A DNA stretch of 64,000 bases from Eledone cirrhosa (GCA_964016885.1 OZ024765.1:19158001-19222000), one strand, 5' to 3'. Positions 1 through 12,469 are shown, counted from the first letter of the stretch. Translations and numbers: made by a program. The notes: generated by a model not told the origin, from the sequence alone.

Positions 1-11
1 CTATTACTGAC

Positions 12-124
12 CTGCATATGTAAATGGTGCACCAGACCACCAGCCAAGGACATCAATGAGGACATAGAGAATGGTCAGCAGAAGGAAAGCAAAGCAAGCA
101 TTGACCAAGATGAAGGAGAGAGAC
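12..124 (-). CDS. HGSNAT: HGSNAT exon SLSFILVNACFAFLLLTILYVLIDVLGWWSGAPFTYAG (last exon lies beyond position 1)
   Basis: 113 bp, caatag/gtcagt boundaries; completes KNLW|SLS; D...W.G.PF.Y.G motif. Confidence 0.95.
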
Positions 125-836
125 CTATTGAGAGAAATGGAAAAAGGAGATAATACATGAACCTCACGCTAGATAGAGAATATATACTCTTTTACTCTTT
201 TACCTGTTTCAGCCATCCGGCTGAGGCCATGCTGGGCACCGCCCTTGATATATATATATATTATTTTAGGAAAGTTGGTTGATCAGATAATCCATCGTCT
301 TTGGTTGTAAACATACATATATAAACATATGCCAGTGGTATGGTGCATATTTCAGATATTCTCAGACATGACATCCTTAATTTAATTTTTCTTTATATAT
401 ACTGCTCCTAAATAGTAGAGCTTTTTTTTCTTTTGAAAGGACTTGGCTGCTATTTCTAGCTGTCGATAATCCTTTTCACATCACTGGCTTGATAGGGGAG
501 GGGGCAATGTGTATTTTTTTTTTTAAACCACACGTGCTTTTTGTCATTTCCTGGTTTGCTTTAGGTGTGTAATCACAAATAGTTAAATCTCCTTCTTTAC
601 CGATGATCCGGGATTTGACTTCTGTGATTTACCAATTAATGGTGAAATATATTTCTTCAATGGAATATATACAAAGGAGATTAATCATTATTGCAAGGTA
701 TATTCGAGGTTCTTGTTAATTTTTAATATGTTACCTCTGTAACTATGTGTGTTTACACCCTTTACAAATTATCTCCTGTAATTGTTTGGTGTGTTTATTT
801 TATATATATATATGTCATTCAATTTTTAATTTAATG

Positions 837-880
<44 letters not shown>

Positions 881-902
881 AATAAACAACATAAGATGAT
901 TA

Positions 903-962
903 TTTCATTTACCAGTGGTTTCTTGAAAGCATATATATCTGCTTTCAGTCGTCAGAATGAAA
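903..962 (-). ncRNA. Minimal type I hammerhead ribozyme
   Basis: tttcatt-CTGACGA-c[tgaaagca..tgctttca]a-GAAA-CCActGG-TA-aatgaaa; all three stems pair. Confidence 0.8.
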
Positions 963-1002
963 AATCTTGGTGTTTTTATTGAATGTGGATTTGAAAAACT
1001 TG

Positions 1003-1049
<47 letters not shown>

Positions 1050-1439
1050 GAATTTCGTATATCTAAAGATATAAAGTATGTTTAATAAATAAACATTTTG
1101 AAAGCCCAGCTATGAATACTGAAAGGCTGACAGCTAGCGCCGTCTACCAGATTCCAGCAGAAACAGTGAGAGATAACTGTCTATGCACATTTCAAGCTAA
1201 TGGCTCTCATTGTAGTTTCTGCTGGAATCTGCTAGATGTCACTAGCTGTCAGCCTCTCTTCATAGCTGGGCTTTCAAAATGTTTATTTATTAAAGAAACT
1301 GTATATCTTTAGATATAAGAAATTTACATACATATATGTATACAGCTATGCTGAAGCTAAATTTTGATTCCTATATATACATATGTAGCAATATCTGTAG
1401 ACATGGAAAGAAAAAAGGAAAACAGTGGTTAATCAGGAA

Positions 1440-1640
1440 GAGAGAAAACTCTCTTAGGAATTCTTCCCAGGGCTACCTCCTTACTCACCACCATAGGCGC
1501 TGAGCTGGCCAGCTGCAGGTGTGAGCCCCGCGAGTTGGAGTGGCTTTTCCAGCGCGTCTCCCTTGCCGTCCTCTGGGGAAACGCCTTCTCCATTCTGTCC
1601 GCCGGGGCTGTGGGTGGGCCCCATCGCATACCGGTGTAGT
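1440..1640 (+). mobile_element. CRE-like (RLE) non-LTR 3' fragment; a second piece lies at about 16975-17065
   Basis: ...EPRELEWLFQRVSLAVLWGNAFSIL resembles the QRLSxAxQRGNA C-terminal motif; two copies in window. Confidence 0.6.
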
Positions 1641-1856
1641 TGTTATATACAGATATTAACTCATCAATCCCATTCTCCTAATATTGTTATTTATTTAGTT
1701 TCAGAACTGAAATCTTCTGACAATTTACCCCGTTAATCCTAGTCATTAGATCTTTATAATCTTTTGAAAACATTGAATGACTTCTATATGTTGCAATTTC
1801 AAGTCAATCGGCGCATATAGGACGTGGTAATGAAACTGTGCAGTTCAGGGAAGTAT

Positions 1857-2679
1857 AAATCTTAAGTAATCCACATGAACTCCATGTAAGTACATATGGA
1901 GGAAATGTTCTCCTATACAGGTTGCTGTCACTAAATCTTACAGACGTCCTCCATGTAAATATATATTCAGAGGCACCAATCTCCAAGGCAGGTTGCCTTC
2001 ACTAAATCTTAAGTAACCCACATGAACTCCATGTAAGTACATATGGATGAAATGTTCTCCTATACAGGTTGCTGTCACTAAATCTTACAGACGTCCTCCA
2101 TGTAAATATATATTCAGAGGCACCAATCTCCAAGGCAGATAGCCTTCACTAAATCTTAAGTAACCCACATGAACTCCATGTGCGTACATATGGAGGAAAT
2201 GTTCTCCTATACAGGTTGCTGTCACTAAATCTTACAGACGTCCTCCATGTAAATATATATTCAGAGGCACCAATCTCCAAGGCAGGTTGCCTTCACTAAA
2301 TCTTAAGTAACCCACATGAACTCCATGTGCGTACATATGGAGGAAATGGTCTCCTATACAGGTTGCTGTCACTAAATCTTACAGACGTCCTCCATGTAAA
2401 TATATATTCAGAGGCACCAATCTCCAAGGCAGGTTGCCTTCACTAAATCTTAAGTAACCCACATGAACTCCATGTAAGTACATATGGAGGAAATGTTCTC
2501 CTATACAGGTTGCTGTCACTAAATCTTACAGACGTCCTCCATGTAAATATATATTCAGAGGCACCAATCTCCAAGGCAGGTTGCCTTCACTAAATCTTAA
2601 GTAACCCACATGAACTACATGTGCGTACATATGGAGGAAATGGTCTCTTATACAGGTTGCTGTCACTAAATCTTACAGA
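1857..2679. repeat. 147-bp tandem repeat, about 5.6 copies
   Basis: AAATCTTAAG recurs at 1857, 2004, 2151, 2298, 2445 and 2592. Confidence 0.95.
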
Positions 2680-2718
2680 TCCCACATGTTCTCCCCAGTT
2701 TTCATTTTTCATACTTAC

Positions 2719-2789
2719 CAGAGATTCTTGTTGATTGGTATAGCGCCATCATCAACAGATGTCATACACAGAGCAGCAGAGATGGCACC
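2719..2789 (-). CDS. HGSNAT: HGSNAT exon GAISAALCMTSVDDGAIPINKNLW
   Basis: 71 bp, tacag/gtaagt boundaries, IPxNKNLW motif. Confidence 0.96.
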
Positions 2790-2859
2790 CTGTAATACAA
2801 ACAATAATACACTAAATATAAACAATAATATAATTGTTTCTACTTTTTTGGCAACAGCT

Positions 2860-4808
2860 GTATAAAAAAGTGCAGGGAAATGAAAATTGATGGAAGCTAC
2901 AGAATGACCAAGAAAAACCTGGGACGAGGTGATAAAAACTGACCTTGCTCACTTACACCTCTTTAAGACAATGACACTGGATCAAGACCTTTGGCGCCAT
3001 GTATTTGCATACAAACCTACAGTCAGTAGGCACCTCTTAACCCAACGTATACCCCACCCCATACACCCTACCCCATCCTCCCTCTCCCGTTCCATGCACT
3101 GTGTCGATGACAAAACAGTTCACACTGTAAAGTGGTCGTGTAGGAGACACGGTAAAAAGGCTCCCAGTCCACACTGTAAGGTGGTCGTGTAGGAGACACG
3201 GTAAAAAGGCTCCCAGTCCACACTGTAAGGTGGTTGTGTAGGAGACACAGTAAAAAGGCTCCCAGTCCACATTGTAAGGTGGTCGTGTAGGAGACACAGT
3301 AAAAAGGCTCCCAGTCCACATTGTAAGGTGGTCGTGTAGGAGACACAGTGAAAAGGCTCCCAGTCCACACTGTAAGGTGGTTGTGTAGGAGACACGGTAA
3401 AAAGGCTCCCAGTCCACACTGTAAAGTGGTCGTGTAGGAGACACGGTAAAAAGGCTCCCAGTCCACACTGTAAAGTGGTCGTGTAGGAGACACGGTAAAA
3501 AGGCTCCCAGTCCACACTGTAAGGTGGTCGTGTAGGAGACACGGTAAAAAGGCTCCCAGTCCACACTGTAAGGTGGTTGTGTAGGAGACACAGTAAAAAG
3601 GCTCCCAGTCCACATTGTAAGGTGGTCGTGTAGGAGACACAGTAAAAAGGCTCCCAGTCCACATTGTAAGGTGGTCGTGTAGGAGACACAGTGAAAAGGC
3701 TCCCAGTCCACATTGTAAGGTGGTCATGTAGGCGACACGGTAAAAAGGCTCCCAGTCCACTCTGTAAGGTGGTCGTGTAGGAGACACGGTAAAAAGGCTC
3801 CCAGTCCACTCTGTAAGGTGGTCATGTAGGAGACATGGTAAAAAGGCTCCCAGTCCACTCTGTAAGGTGGTCGTGTAGGAGACACGGTAAAAAGGCTCCC
3901 AGTCCACTCTGTAAGGTGGTCGTGTAGGAGACACGGTAAAAAGGCTCCCAGTCCACTCTGTAAGGTGGTCGTGTAGGAGACACGGTAAAAAGGCTCCCAG
4001 TCCACTCTGTAAAGTGGTCGTGTAGGAGACACAGTAAAAAGGCTCCTAGTCCACACTGTAAAGTGGTCGTGTAGGAGACATGGTAAAAAGGCTCCCAGTC
4101 CACTCTGTAAAGTGGTCGTGTAGGAGACACGGTACAAAGGCTCCCAGTCCACTCTGTAAGGTGGTTGTGTAGGAGACACAGTAAAAAGGCTCCTAGTCCA
4201 CACTGTAAAGTGGTCGTGTAGGAGACACGGTACAAAGGCTCCCAGTCCACACTGTAAGGTGGTTGTGTAGGAGACACGGTAAAAAGGCTCCTAGTCCACA
4301 CTGTAAAGTGGTCGTGTAGGAGACACGGTACAAAGGCTCCCAGTCCACTCTGTAAAGTGGTCGTGTAGGAGACATGGTAAAAAGGCTCCCAGTCCACACT
4401 GTAAAGTGGTCGTGTAGGAGACACGGTACAAAGGCTCCCAGTCCACACTGTAAAGTGGTCGTGTAGGAGACACGGTACAAAGGCTCCCAGTCCACTCTGT
4501 AAAGTGGTCGTGTAGGAGACACGGTACAAAGGCTCCCAGTCCACACTGTAAAGTGGTCGTGTAGGAGACACGGTACAAAGGCTCCCAGTCCACTCTGTAA
4601 AGTGGTCGTGTAGGAGACACGGTAAAAAGGCTCCCAGTCCACTCTGTAAATGTGGTTCCTGTTAGGAAGGGCTTCCAGCTGTAAAAAGACCTACCAGAGG
4701 CACTTCCATACGAGCAAGACAGAGTCTCCTGACCATTCCCGCATCAAATGGAACAAAACCGTCTAACCCATGCTTGCATGGAAGATAGATGTTAAACAAG
4801 GATGATGA
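2860..4808 (+). mobile_element. RTE LINE 3' end with an internal 49-bp minisatellite (3121-4650, about 31 copies)
   Basis: PRKTWDEVIKTDLAHL ORF end, UTR, repeat array, GGAAGGGC..CCAGCTGTA motif and GAT tail. Confidence 0.88.
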
Positions 4809-5163
4809 TATATATATTCATACATATATATACATATACATATATATATGTATATATATATATATGTATATATATATAATAAATGTAATCTGAGTTTTTC
4901 GAATATTAATAATAATATTCGATTCGTTTGCAATTATGCAAACAGCCTCTTTAAAGCCATATCAGTAGAATGAGCCCCTCATTCTTGCTCTTATATTAGC
5001 ATGTAAACAGAACTGCAGACACTAATGTTCCTTTCTACAACTGAGTAAACTGGAGCAATGTGAAATAAAGTGTCTTGCTCAAGGAAACAAGACATCACCC
5101 GGTCTGAGAATTGAACTCATAACCTTTCGATTGCAAGGCCAATGCTCTAAGCACTAAGCCATG

Positions 5164-5213
<50 letters not shown>

Positions 5214-5720
5214 CAAAATTAAGATAAATTAAATGAATTTAATCCAAATCAATTGATTTGGATTAAATTCATTTAATTTATCTTAATTTGGGATATAGAT
5301 ATATAAATACGGCTCCTTAATTGTAGAGCTAACTCTGTTGAAAGGAATCGACTGCTGTTTCTAGTTGCCGAATACCTATTCACGCCACTGAGACGAAGCC
5401 ACTGTGGTGTGTAAACACAACACGCGGTAGCGGCCAGTTGCAGATTTGAACTCGCTGTGTAAGCATGGATTGCTGGAAATTTTTCTTCCTTGTTGATAAT
5501 CCAAAAATATCCACTTCCGTGACTTACCATCTGATTAATTGGTGAAATATATTTCTTTAATGGAATATATACAGGGAAGATTAATCATATTAAAAGGTAT
5601 CTATTTTTGAAGTTCTAGTCAACTTTATTTGTTACCTACCTAGCTATGCGTGGTTACACGCTTGTAAAAATGATCTCCTGTGATTATTCATGTTTATATA
5701 TATGTTAATCAATTTCTAGT

Positions 5721-5757
<37 letters not shown>

Positions 5758-5803
5758 TATACCATCAACACAGAGCTGGCATATCTAAGAGCTGACTAAC
5801 TGC

Positions 5804-5841
5804 CTGATGAGGTCATAGCCATTCAATGGCTATCACCGAAA
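5804..5841 (+). ncRNA. Hammerhead core with long stem II; stem I/III region damaged by TA expansion
   Basis: CTGATGA-ggtcatagccatt/aatggctatcacc-GAAA. Confidence 0.5.
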
Positions 5842-5899
5842 TATATATATATATGGGTAAATAAAGGATTATCAGTTCATGCAATTGACTTATGTTTCG

Positions 5900-5942
<43 letters not shown>

Positions 5943-6502
5943 ATAATAATAAAATTGAAGACTAAAATCCAAAGAGGGCTCGATAAGGAAAATATATAAG
6001 AACCGTAGAGCAAATATTTATTAAAATAACAGATTAAAGTTTAAGCAAAGAATCGGTGCTTTCACCCTTAACGGGATCTTCTGAAACTAACAAAGTCAAT
6101 CTGTGAACGCAGAAGTGAATATTTCAAAAAACGTTGCAACCGGAGGAAGACAGTAAGACGATACTTTGGTTCGTGGAAACGTTCCCCTTAACGGGATCTT
6201 CTGAAACTAACAATCCCGTTAAGGGGAACGTTTCCACGAACCAAAGTATCGTTTTACTGTCTTCCTCCGGTCGCAACGTTTTTTGAAATATTCACTTCTG
6301 CGTTCACAGATTGACTTTGTTAGTTTCAGAAGATCCCGTTAAGGGTGAAAGCACCAATTCTTTGCTTAAACTTTAATCTGTTATTTTAATATATATATAT
6401 ATATATATTTATATATAACCAAAAGTTAAACGAGGTTCATTGATCAATCAATGAATAAAGTTATGATAAAATTTATTTGATCACATGAATGTCTATATTT
6501 AT

Positions 6503-6693
6503 TAATTGTTTCTACTTTAGGCACAAGGCCAGCAATTGCCCAGTGCATTACTGGTACTTTATTTTATCGACCCCGTAAGGATGAAAGGCAAAGTCAACCT
6601 CGGCGGGATTTGAACTCAGATCGTAAAGGGACGTAACTATGCTGGAAAGCATGGCGTCCGACCCTCTACCGATACTGCCAATCCACCGCCCTT
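6503..6693 (-). mobile_element. Second SINE family (GCCTTTCATCCTTACGGGGTCGATAAAAT body). Other copies: 10870-11062(-), 12465-12915(+), 15848-16036(-), 20224-20415(-), 20432-20610(+), 23717-23901(-), 48350-48560(-), 57730-59222(+)
   Basis: TGGCAGxATCGG A box, GAGTTCAAATC B box, AT-rich (ATT) tail; many near-identical dispersed copies. Confidence 0.88.
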
Positions 6694-6721
6694 TGCTAAT
6701 CCAATTTATTAATATTTTGAA

Positions 6722-6778
<57 letters not shown>

Positions 6779-6930
6779 CGAAGGAAATGTTGTAAGGAAC
6801 CAGATGGACCATAATGCACCAAAGTACTCAATACTTAGGGTAGTAGAGTGGGTAATTCTGGACTAAAAAGTCCAGAATTAGCCATCGAAACGGCTTGAGC
6901 TCTGCTGTCAGGGTCATACTTGTTCCTGAA

Positions 6931-7610
6931 AGCATAAACGAACTAAGGAAAAAATTAGAAATAAGAGGGATCAGATGTTGTTTACTCGAGAGAAGGCTAC
7001 GTTGGTATGGTCACGTGATGCGCATGAAAGACGACAGCTGTATAACAACGTGCAGGGCAATAAAGATAGACGGTAGCCACGGAGTAGGCAGACCCAGAAA
7101 AACCTGGGACGAGCTGATAAATTCCGACCTCACACACTTACACCTCTCGAAGACAATGTCACTGGACCGAGACGTTTGGCGGTACTCAGTAATAGAGAAG
7201 ACCCGCTTTACCTAAATACAAAGTAAAACCTACTACAGTCAGTAGGCATCTCTAACAAAATACACCCCCGTCCCACCACCCCCCACCCCATCCACACCGC
7301 CCCTTTCAATGTAAAGTTATGTTGGTGCCACAACATCCAGGCCGAAACAAATGAGATCGTGTAGGTGCCGCGACAAAAAAACACACAGTCCACGCTGTAA
7401 TGTGGCCGTGTAGGCAACACGGTAAAAACCTCCCAGCCCCACACTGTAAATGTGGTTGGTGTTAGGAAGGGCATCCAGCTGTAGAAAATCCGCCAGACAG
7501 TCCTATGCGAGCAATGACAACCACTCTTGCCTCAAGTGGGAAAACTCCCGTCCAAACCCATGCAAGCGTGGAACATGGACGTTAAACGATGATGATGATG
7601 ATGATGATGA

Positions 7611-7614
<4 letters not shown>
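6931..7614 (+). mobile_element. RTE LINE 3' fragment, same family as 50177-52023
   Basis: SINELRKKLEIRGIRCCLLERRLRWYGHV nearly identical; same UTR and (GAT)n tail. Confidence 0.92.
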
Positions 7615-7648
<34 letters not shown>

Positions 7649-8318
7649 TAAATTTCTTTAGGTCGTTTGGAAGCCTCGACAATGCAAATGGGTAAATCTC
7701 CGGGTAACAAGATCCGGTGGTGGAGAGAGAGATGTAAGTGGGTGTACGTTGAGATGCGTGGCGTGTATAAGACGTGTAGAGGAATGAAGGAGAGAACGTA
7801 AAGGATAAAATAAAAATAACAACACGAGAGAGAGTTACCTTGGGAGAGATTTAATTGTCCCTATATATTTCGGATTCACATCCATCAACTGGGGTTTTTT
7901 TCCGGGGTGGGGGAAAGGTTGTCTGTCGGAAAAGTGCGAAACGCGTCCTCCGCTGTTCGTTGTTTTGAATATACACGCCACGCATCTCAACGTACACCCA
8001 CTTACATCTCTCTCTCCACCACCGGATCTTGTTACCCGGAGATTTACCCATTTGCATTGTCGAGGCTTCCAAACGACTTAAAGAAATTTACCTTATTATT
8101 CCACAATGCTTCAAGCAAACTTCAATACTCTCTTATATATATATATATATATATATTTACACAGAGAAAGAGAAGGAGAGAGAGAGAGAAATGTCTAACC
8201 CATACAACTATAGAAAATAGATGTAGAAAGATGAGGATATTTTGACATTTCTGTTCCGATTACAGTTATTAGATTGCAGCCTTATATGTGCGTATCTGAC
8301 CCCCCACCCTTCTCTCTC

Positions 8319-8349
<31 letters not shown>

Positions 8350-8502
8350 ATGTACAGATATGTATATATGTGTGTGTGTGTTTCTGTGTATGCATATATA
8401 TATATAAACATATATATACACATATATACATACATATATATACACATATATATATATACATATAAATATATACATGTATATATACATATAAATATATACA
8501 TG

Positions 8503-8537
<35 letters not shown>

Positions 8538-8782
8538 ATATGTATGTGTGCATATATAAATATATATATACATATATATATGTGTGTGTGTGTATTACAT
8601 GTGTATATATATATATACACACATACATATATATATATACATATATATATATACACATACATATATATATACACACACATACATATTTACATACACATAT
8701 ATATATACACACACATACATATTTACATACACATATATATACACATACATGTATATACACATGTATATATACACATACATAC

Positions 8783-8813
<31 letters not shown>

Positions 8814-8831
8814 TATATATATTATATACAC

Positions 8832-8870
<39 letters not shown>

Positions 8871-8998
8871 ATGTAAGAGGTGAGTTTTATTGTAGTACAA
8901 TAAAGCAATGCAGATATCGGATAAGAAGCACTCTACAGTTTGTAGGACTGTAGTATAAATAATATATAAGATCAAAAGATGGTTAAAAGAGTTCCATG

Positions 8999-9069
8999 TA
9001 TTTTATTATGCGCATTTCAAAAACAAATATCATCATGCAATAACATTTGCGTTTTCGTCAGATAAAATA
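8999..9069 (-). ncRNA. Minimal type I hammerhead (left arm of fold-back)
   Basis: Reverse complement of 9109-9179. Confidence 0.75.
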
Positions 9070-9108
9070 GGGAGACAAGTGTGTTTTAACCTTCATATCA
9101 TGTCTCCT

Positions 9109-9179
9109 TATTTTATCTGACGAAAACGCAAATGTTATTGCATGATGATATTTGTTTTTGAAATGCGCATAATAAAATA
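9109..9179 (+). ncRNA. Minimal type I hammerhead
   Basis: tattttat-CTGACGA-[aaac..aaatgttatt/gatgatattt..gtttt]-GAAA-TgcgcA-TA-ataaaata; palindromic loop 3. Confidence 0.78.
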
Positions 9180-9208
9180 CATGGCACCTTTTAACCATCT
9201 TTTGATCT

Positions 9209-9256
<48 letters not shown>

Positions 9257-9631
9257 AAGTTAAATAAAAGTCAAATGATTAAAATTTAGCTTCGTTTATT
9301 ACTGCTATATATATTTGACTTTTATTTAACTTTATTTTACACTACTCCGGAGTAACCAAACCAACCTGCGCACTTCGTCAAGTGCTCCAGCCTGCATACT
9401 GAGGTGTTGGTATACAACCAACATAAACTCAAAATCTATATATATATATATATATCAAAATATAAATACAATAAAATAAAAATACATGAAAAAAACAAAC
9501 AAAACAGATAGACAAAAAAAAAACAAATTAAAAAAATAATAATAATAAAATAAAAAATAAAATAAAAGGAAGGTGAATGGCTGTGCTCTAGCATGGTCTC
9601 AGCCTGTAATAGAGTGTAGTTTCCTCCTTAC

Positions 9632-9706
9632 CGTAGTAATGGTGTAGACAGTCCACCTGAAAATCCGTTCTTTGTGAGATGGATATGCAACAATAATACG
9701 ACCAGC
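9632..9706 (-). CDS. HGSNAT: HGSNAT exon AGRIIVAYPSHKERIFRWTVYTITT
   Basis: 75 bp, ttctccccag/gtaagg boundaries, phase 0-0; corresponds to the vertebrate AGKILLYY exon. Confidence 0.92.
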
Positions 9707-9789
9707 CTGGGGAGAAGAAAACATCACTTTTACAGCTTTTATACAACATACAATATTATAGTTACTAGCAGAAAAACCAACATTCAATG

Positions 9790-10855
9790 TCACCAGAAAA
9801 ACCCCCTCAATGTCTCCAGTTTGTGCAGTAATGGCTCGGGAGTCAATACGTGCAAGAGGGATGAGAAGGAACATCCTTGGCGGACCGAACGCATGATGTT
9901 GAACGGTTCCAAAAGGTGACTGTTCACTCTCACCACAGAGCAGATGTCGCTGTGCATAGCAGCGATCCAGCCTCTGAAGACGGGCCCAAAGCCAGCCGCC
10001 CTCAGGACTGCCGCCAGATAAGGATGGTCGACCCTATCGAAAGCTTTCAATTGATCTAAATTGATTAAGGACCCACCCGTGCCAGGTTCCCTAGCTACCC
10101 TCTCCACGATGTATCGTATGAGGTGGAGGTTGTCGTGGATGGATCTGTCTGGAATGGCGCATGTCTGCACCTCTCCCACCAGACCACCAATGACAAGCCC
10201 CAATCTCTTTGCTAACACCTTGGCCAAAATCTTGAACTCTGTGTTTAGCAGAGTTATGGGCCTGAAATTATCTATGTTATCCCCCTTGTTCAGATCCTTT
10301 CTCAGCAGTGCCACCACTCCTCAGCTCACAGAGCTGGGAATTCTCCCGTTCTGTTGCCAGTTGCAGTAGACATCCGCCAAGAGGCCTCCAAACAAGTCTG
10401 GCATCTATACGTAAAGTTCATAGGGCAGACCATCCAAACCAGGTGATTTACCCCTTGTGCAGCCAATCATTGCCTCCCGTACTTCAGCTGCTGTTATCGG
10501 CTTTTCACAACACTCCGCCTCAGTGGTCGAGAGCCGCGCTAAAGTCCAGTAGGCACTAAAGTCCATCCCTCAATCCGACCCACCGCTGCCCCCGAACAGC
10601 TGAGTGAAGTGTCGCTGAAAAGCTTCACACATTTGCCCGGGATCGAGTAGCATGCGCCCATCGTGATCCACCAAAGACCTGATCGTGGCTTTGTTGCCAC
10701 GACGCGCCTCCACCACTCAGGCCCATTGAACAGCTTTCGTCCCCTCGTGTCTGAGAGCACGCACCCTAGCTCTGACAACGCAGCCTTCGTGCTTTGCATT
10801 GAAGAATTGGTCAAGGGTCAATTCCGCCACAAGTACGTCGGAAAAATTGGCCCTT
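9790..10855 (-). mobile_element. Degenerate L1/Tx1-clade LINE RT fragment
   Basis: NFRPITLLNTEFKILAKVLAKRL, RSIHDNL, LDQLKAFDRVDH, VRQGC; frameshifted. Confidence 0.88.
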
Positions 10856-11374
10856 ATAATAATGATAATAATAATTGTTTCCACTTTAGGCACAAGGCCA
10901 GCAATTACCCAGTACATTACTGGTACTTTATTTTATCGACCCCGTAAGGGTGAAAGGCAAAGTTAACCTTGGCGGGATTTGAACTCAGACTGTAAAGGGA
11001 TGTAACTATGCTAGAAAGCATGGCGTCCAACCCCCTACCGATACTGCCAATTCACCACCCTAATAATAATAATAATAAATAATATTTGTTTATTTGCAAA
11101 ATATTCAAAGATGAATTTGCTTTTGTTAGTGTAACAATGAGAGGCCGAGAGCTGATGCCAAGGAAGGAAGTAACACCAAATATTTCCTGCAAAGAATTCT
11201 GAACAAGTCTTTCAAAATGTTTGAGACAAGAACATGAATTTAAGAAAAAACTAACAAAGAAATATGAAAAAGATTTCAAAATAAAAATTGAAAAATAAAA
11301 ATTTGAAAATAAAAATTTAAAAAAATTTCCAAAAATGTTTTTTAAAAAGTGACAACACTTAAACAATAGGTGCA

Positions 11375-11530
11375 AAGCTGACATGGCTGTGTGGTTGAGG
11401 AGTTCAGCCATGTTGTTGGGGGTTCAATCCTGCTGTGTGGTCGCACCTTGGACAAGGTCTTTTACCACAGTTTCTGGTTGACTAATGTCTTGTGATTGCA
11501 GTTCTGTAGATGGACACTGCAGAAGTCAGG
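11375..11530 (+). mobile_element. Degenerate tRNA-SINE (third family)
   Basis: TGGCTGTGTGG...GGTTCAATCC...CACCTTGGACAAG head. Confidence 0.55.
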
Positions 11531-11569
11531 CATTTTTATTCAGCACAGATGAAAGGAAAAGAAAGGAGA

Positions 11570-12110
11570 GGAAAGGAGCTGATTGCTTGATCAAACCAAG
11601 GAAACAATGTTTCAACAGGTCTTTCCATTACTGATACTATCTGTCAGTTACAACTCCTGGCAGAAGAAAGGAGCTGATCATCAGATCAGACCAAGGAAAC
11701 AATGTGTCCATTGGTCTTTCTATTACTGATACTATCTATCAGTCACAACTCCTGGCAGAAGAAAGAAACTGGTTATCAGATCAGACCAAGGAAACAATGT
11801 GTCCATTGGTCTTTCCATTACTGATACTATCTGTCAGTCACAACTCCTGGCAGAAGAAAGGAGCTGATCATCAGATCAGACCAAGGAAACAATGTGTCCA
11901 TTGGTCTTTCCATTACTGATACTATCTGTCAGTCACAACTCCTGACAGAAGAAAGGAGCTGATCATCAGATCAGACCAAGGAAACAATGTGTCCATTGGT
12001 CTTTCTATTACTGATACTATCTGTCAGTCACAACTCCTGAGAGAAGAAAGGAGCTGATCATCAGATCAGACCAAGGAAACAATGTTTCAGTTGGTCTATT
12101 CTTATACTAT
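11570..12110. repeat. About 95-bp tandem repeat, 5-6 copies; single inverted relative at about 48845-48945
   Basis: CAGAAGAAAGGAGCTGATCATCAGATCAGACCAAGG recurs. Confidence 0.9.
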
Positions 12111-12469
12111 CTTCTAATGGCAACACCTATAAAAAGATGGGAATTGAACATAATCATGGTATTGGATCAGATATTGTAAATATCCTATCTCTTACAATTC
12201 TATCAACCTACCAACTCCTAGACTTGACTTGATTTCTACTTTATTGACCACAAAGTTGACCTCGGCAGAATTTTGAACTCAGATCACAGAGAACTGAACC
12301 AAATGCCATGGTATTTAATTGGCATTTTTCTGACACCTTCATGACTCTGCCAACTTACAACCATAAAGAAAATAACTTCACAAACGCAGACAAATCATTT
12401 TGACAATAATTAAAAATTTTGAGGGATTTAGTAATATAACTTTCTCATTATTAAGTTGGTGTTTAAGGT

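Noticed and set aside
3037-4642. Long repetitive ORFs and CRISPR-like periodicity
   Set aside because: A pure 49-bp tandem with no unique spacers and no cas genes; the ORFs are by-products. The same holds for the 22183, 25368, 29080 and 57762 arrays.
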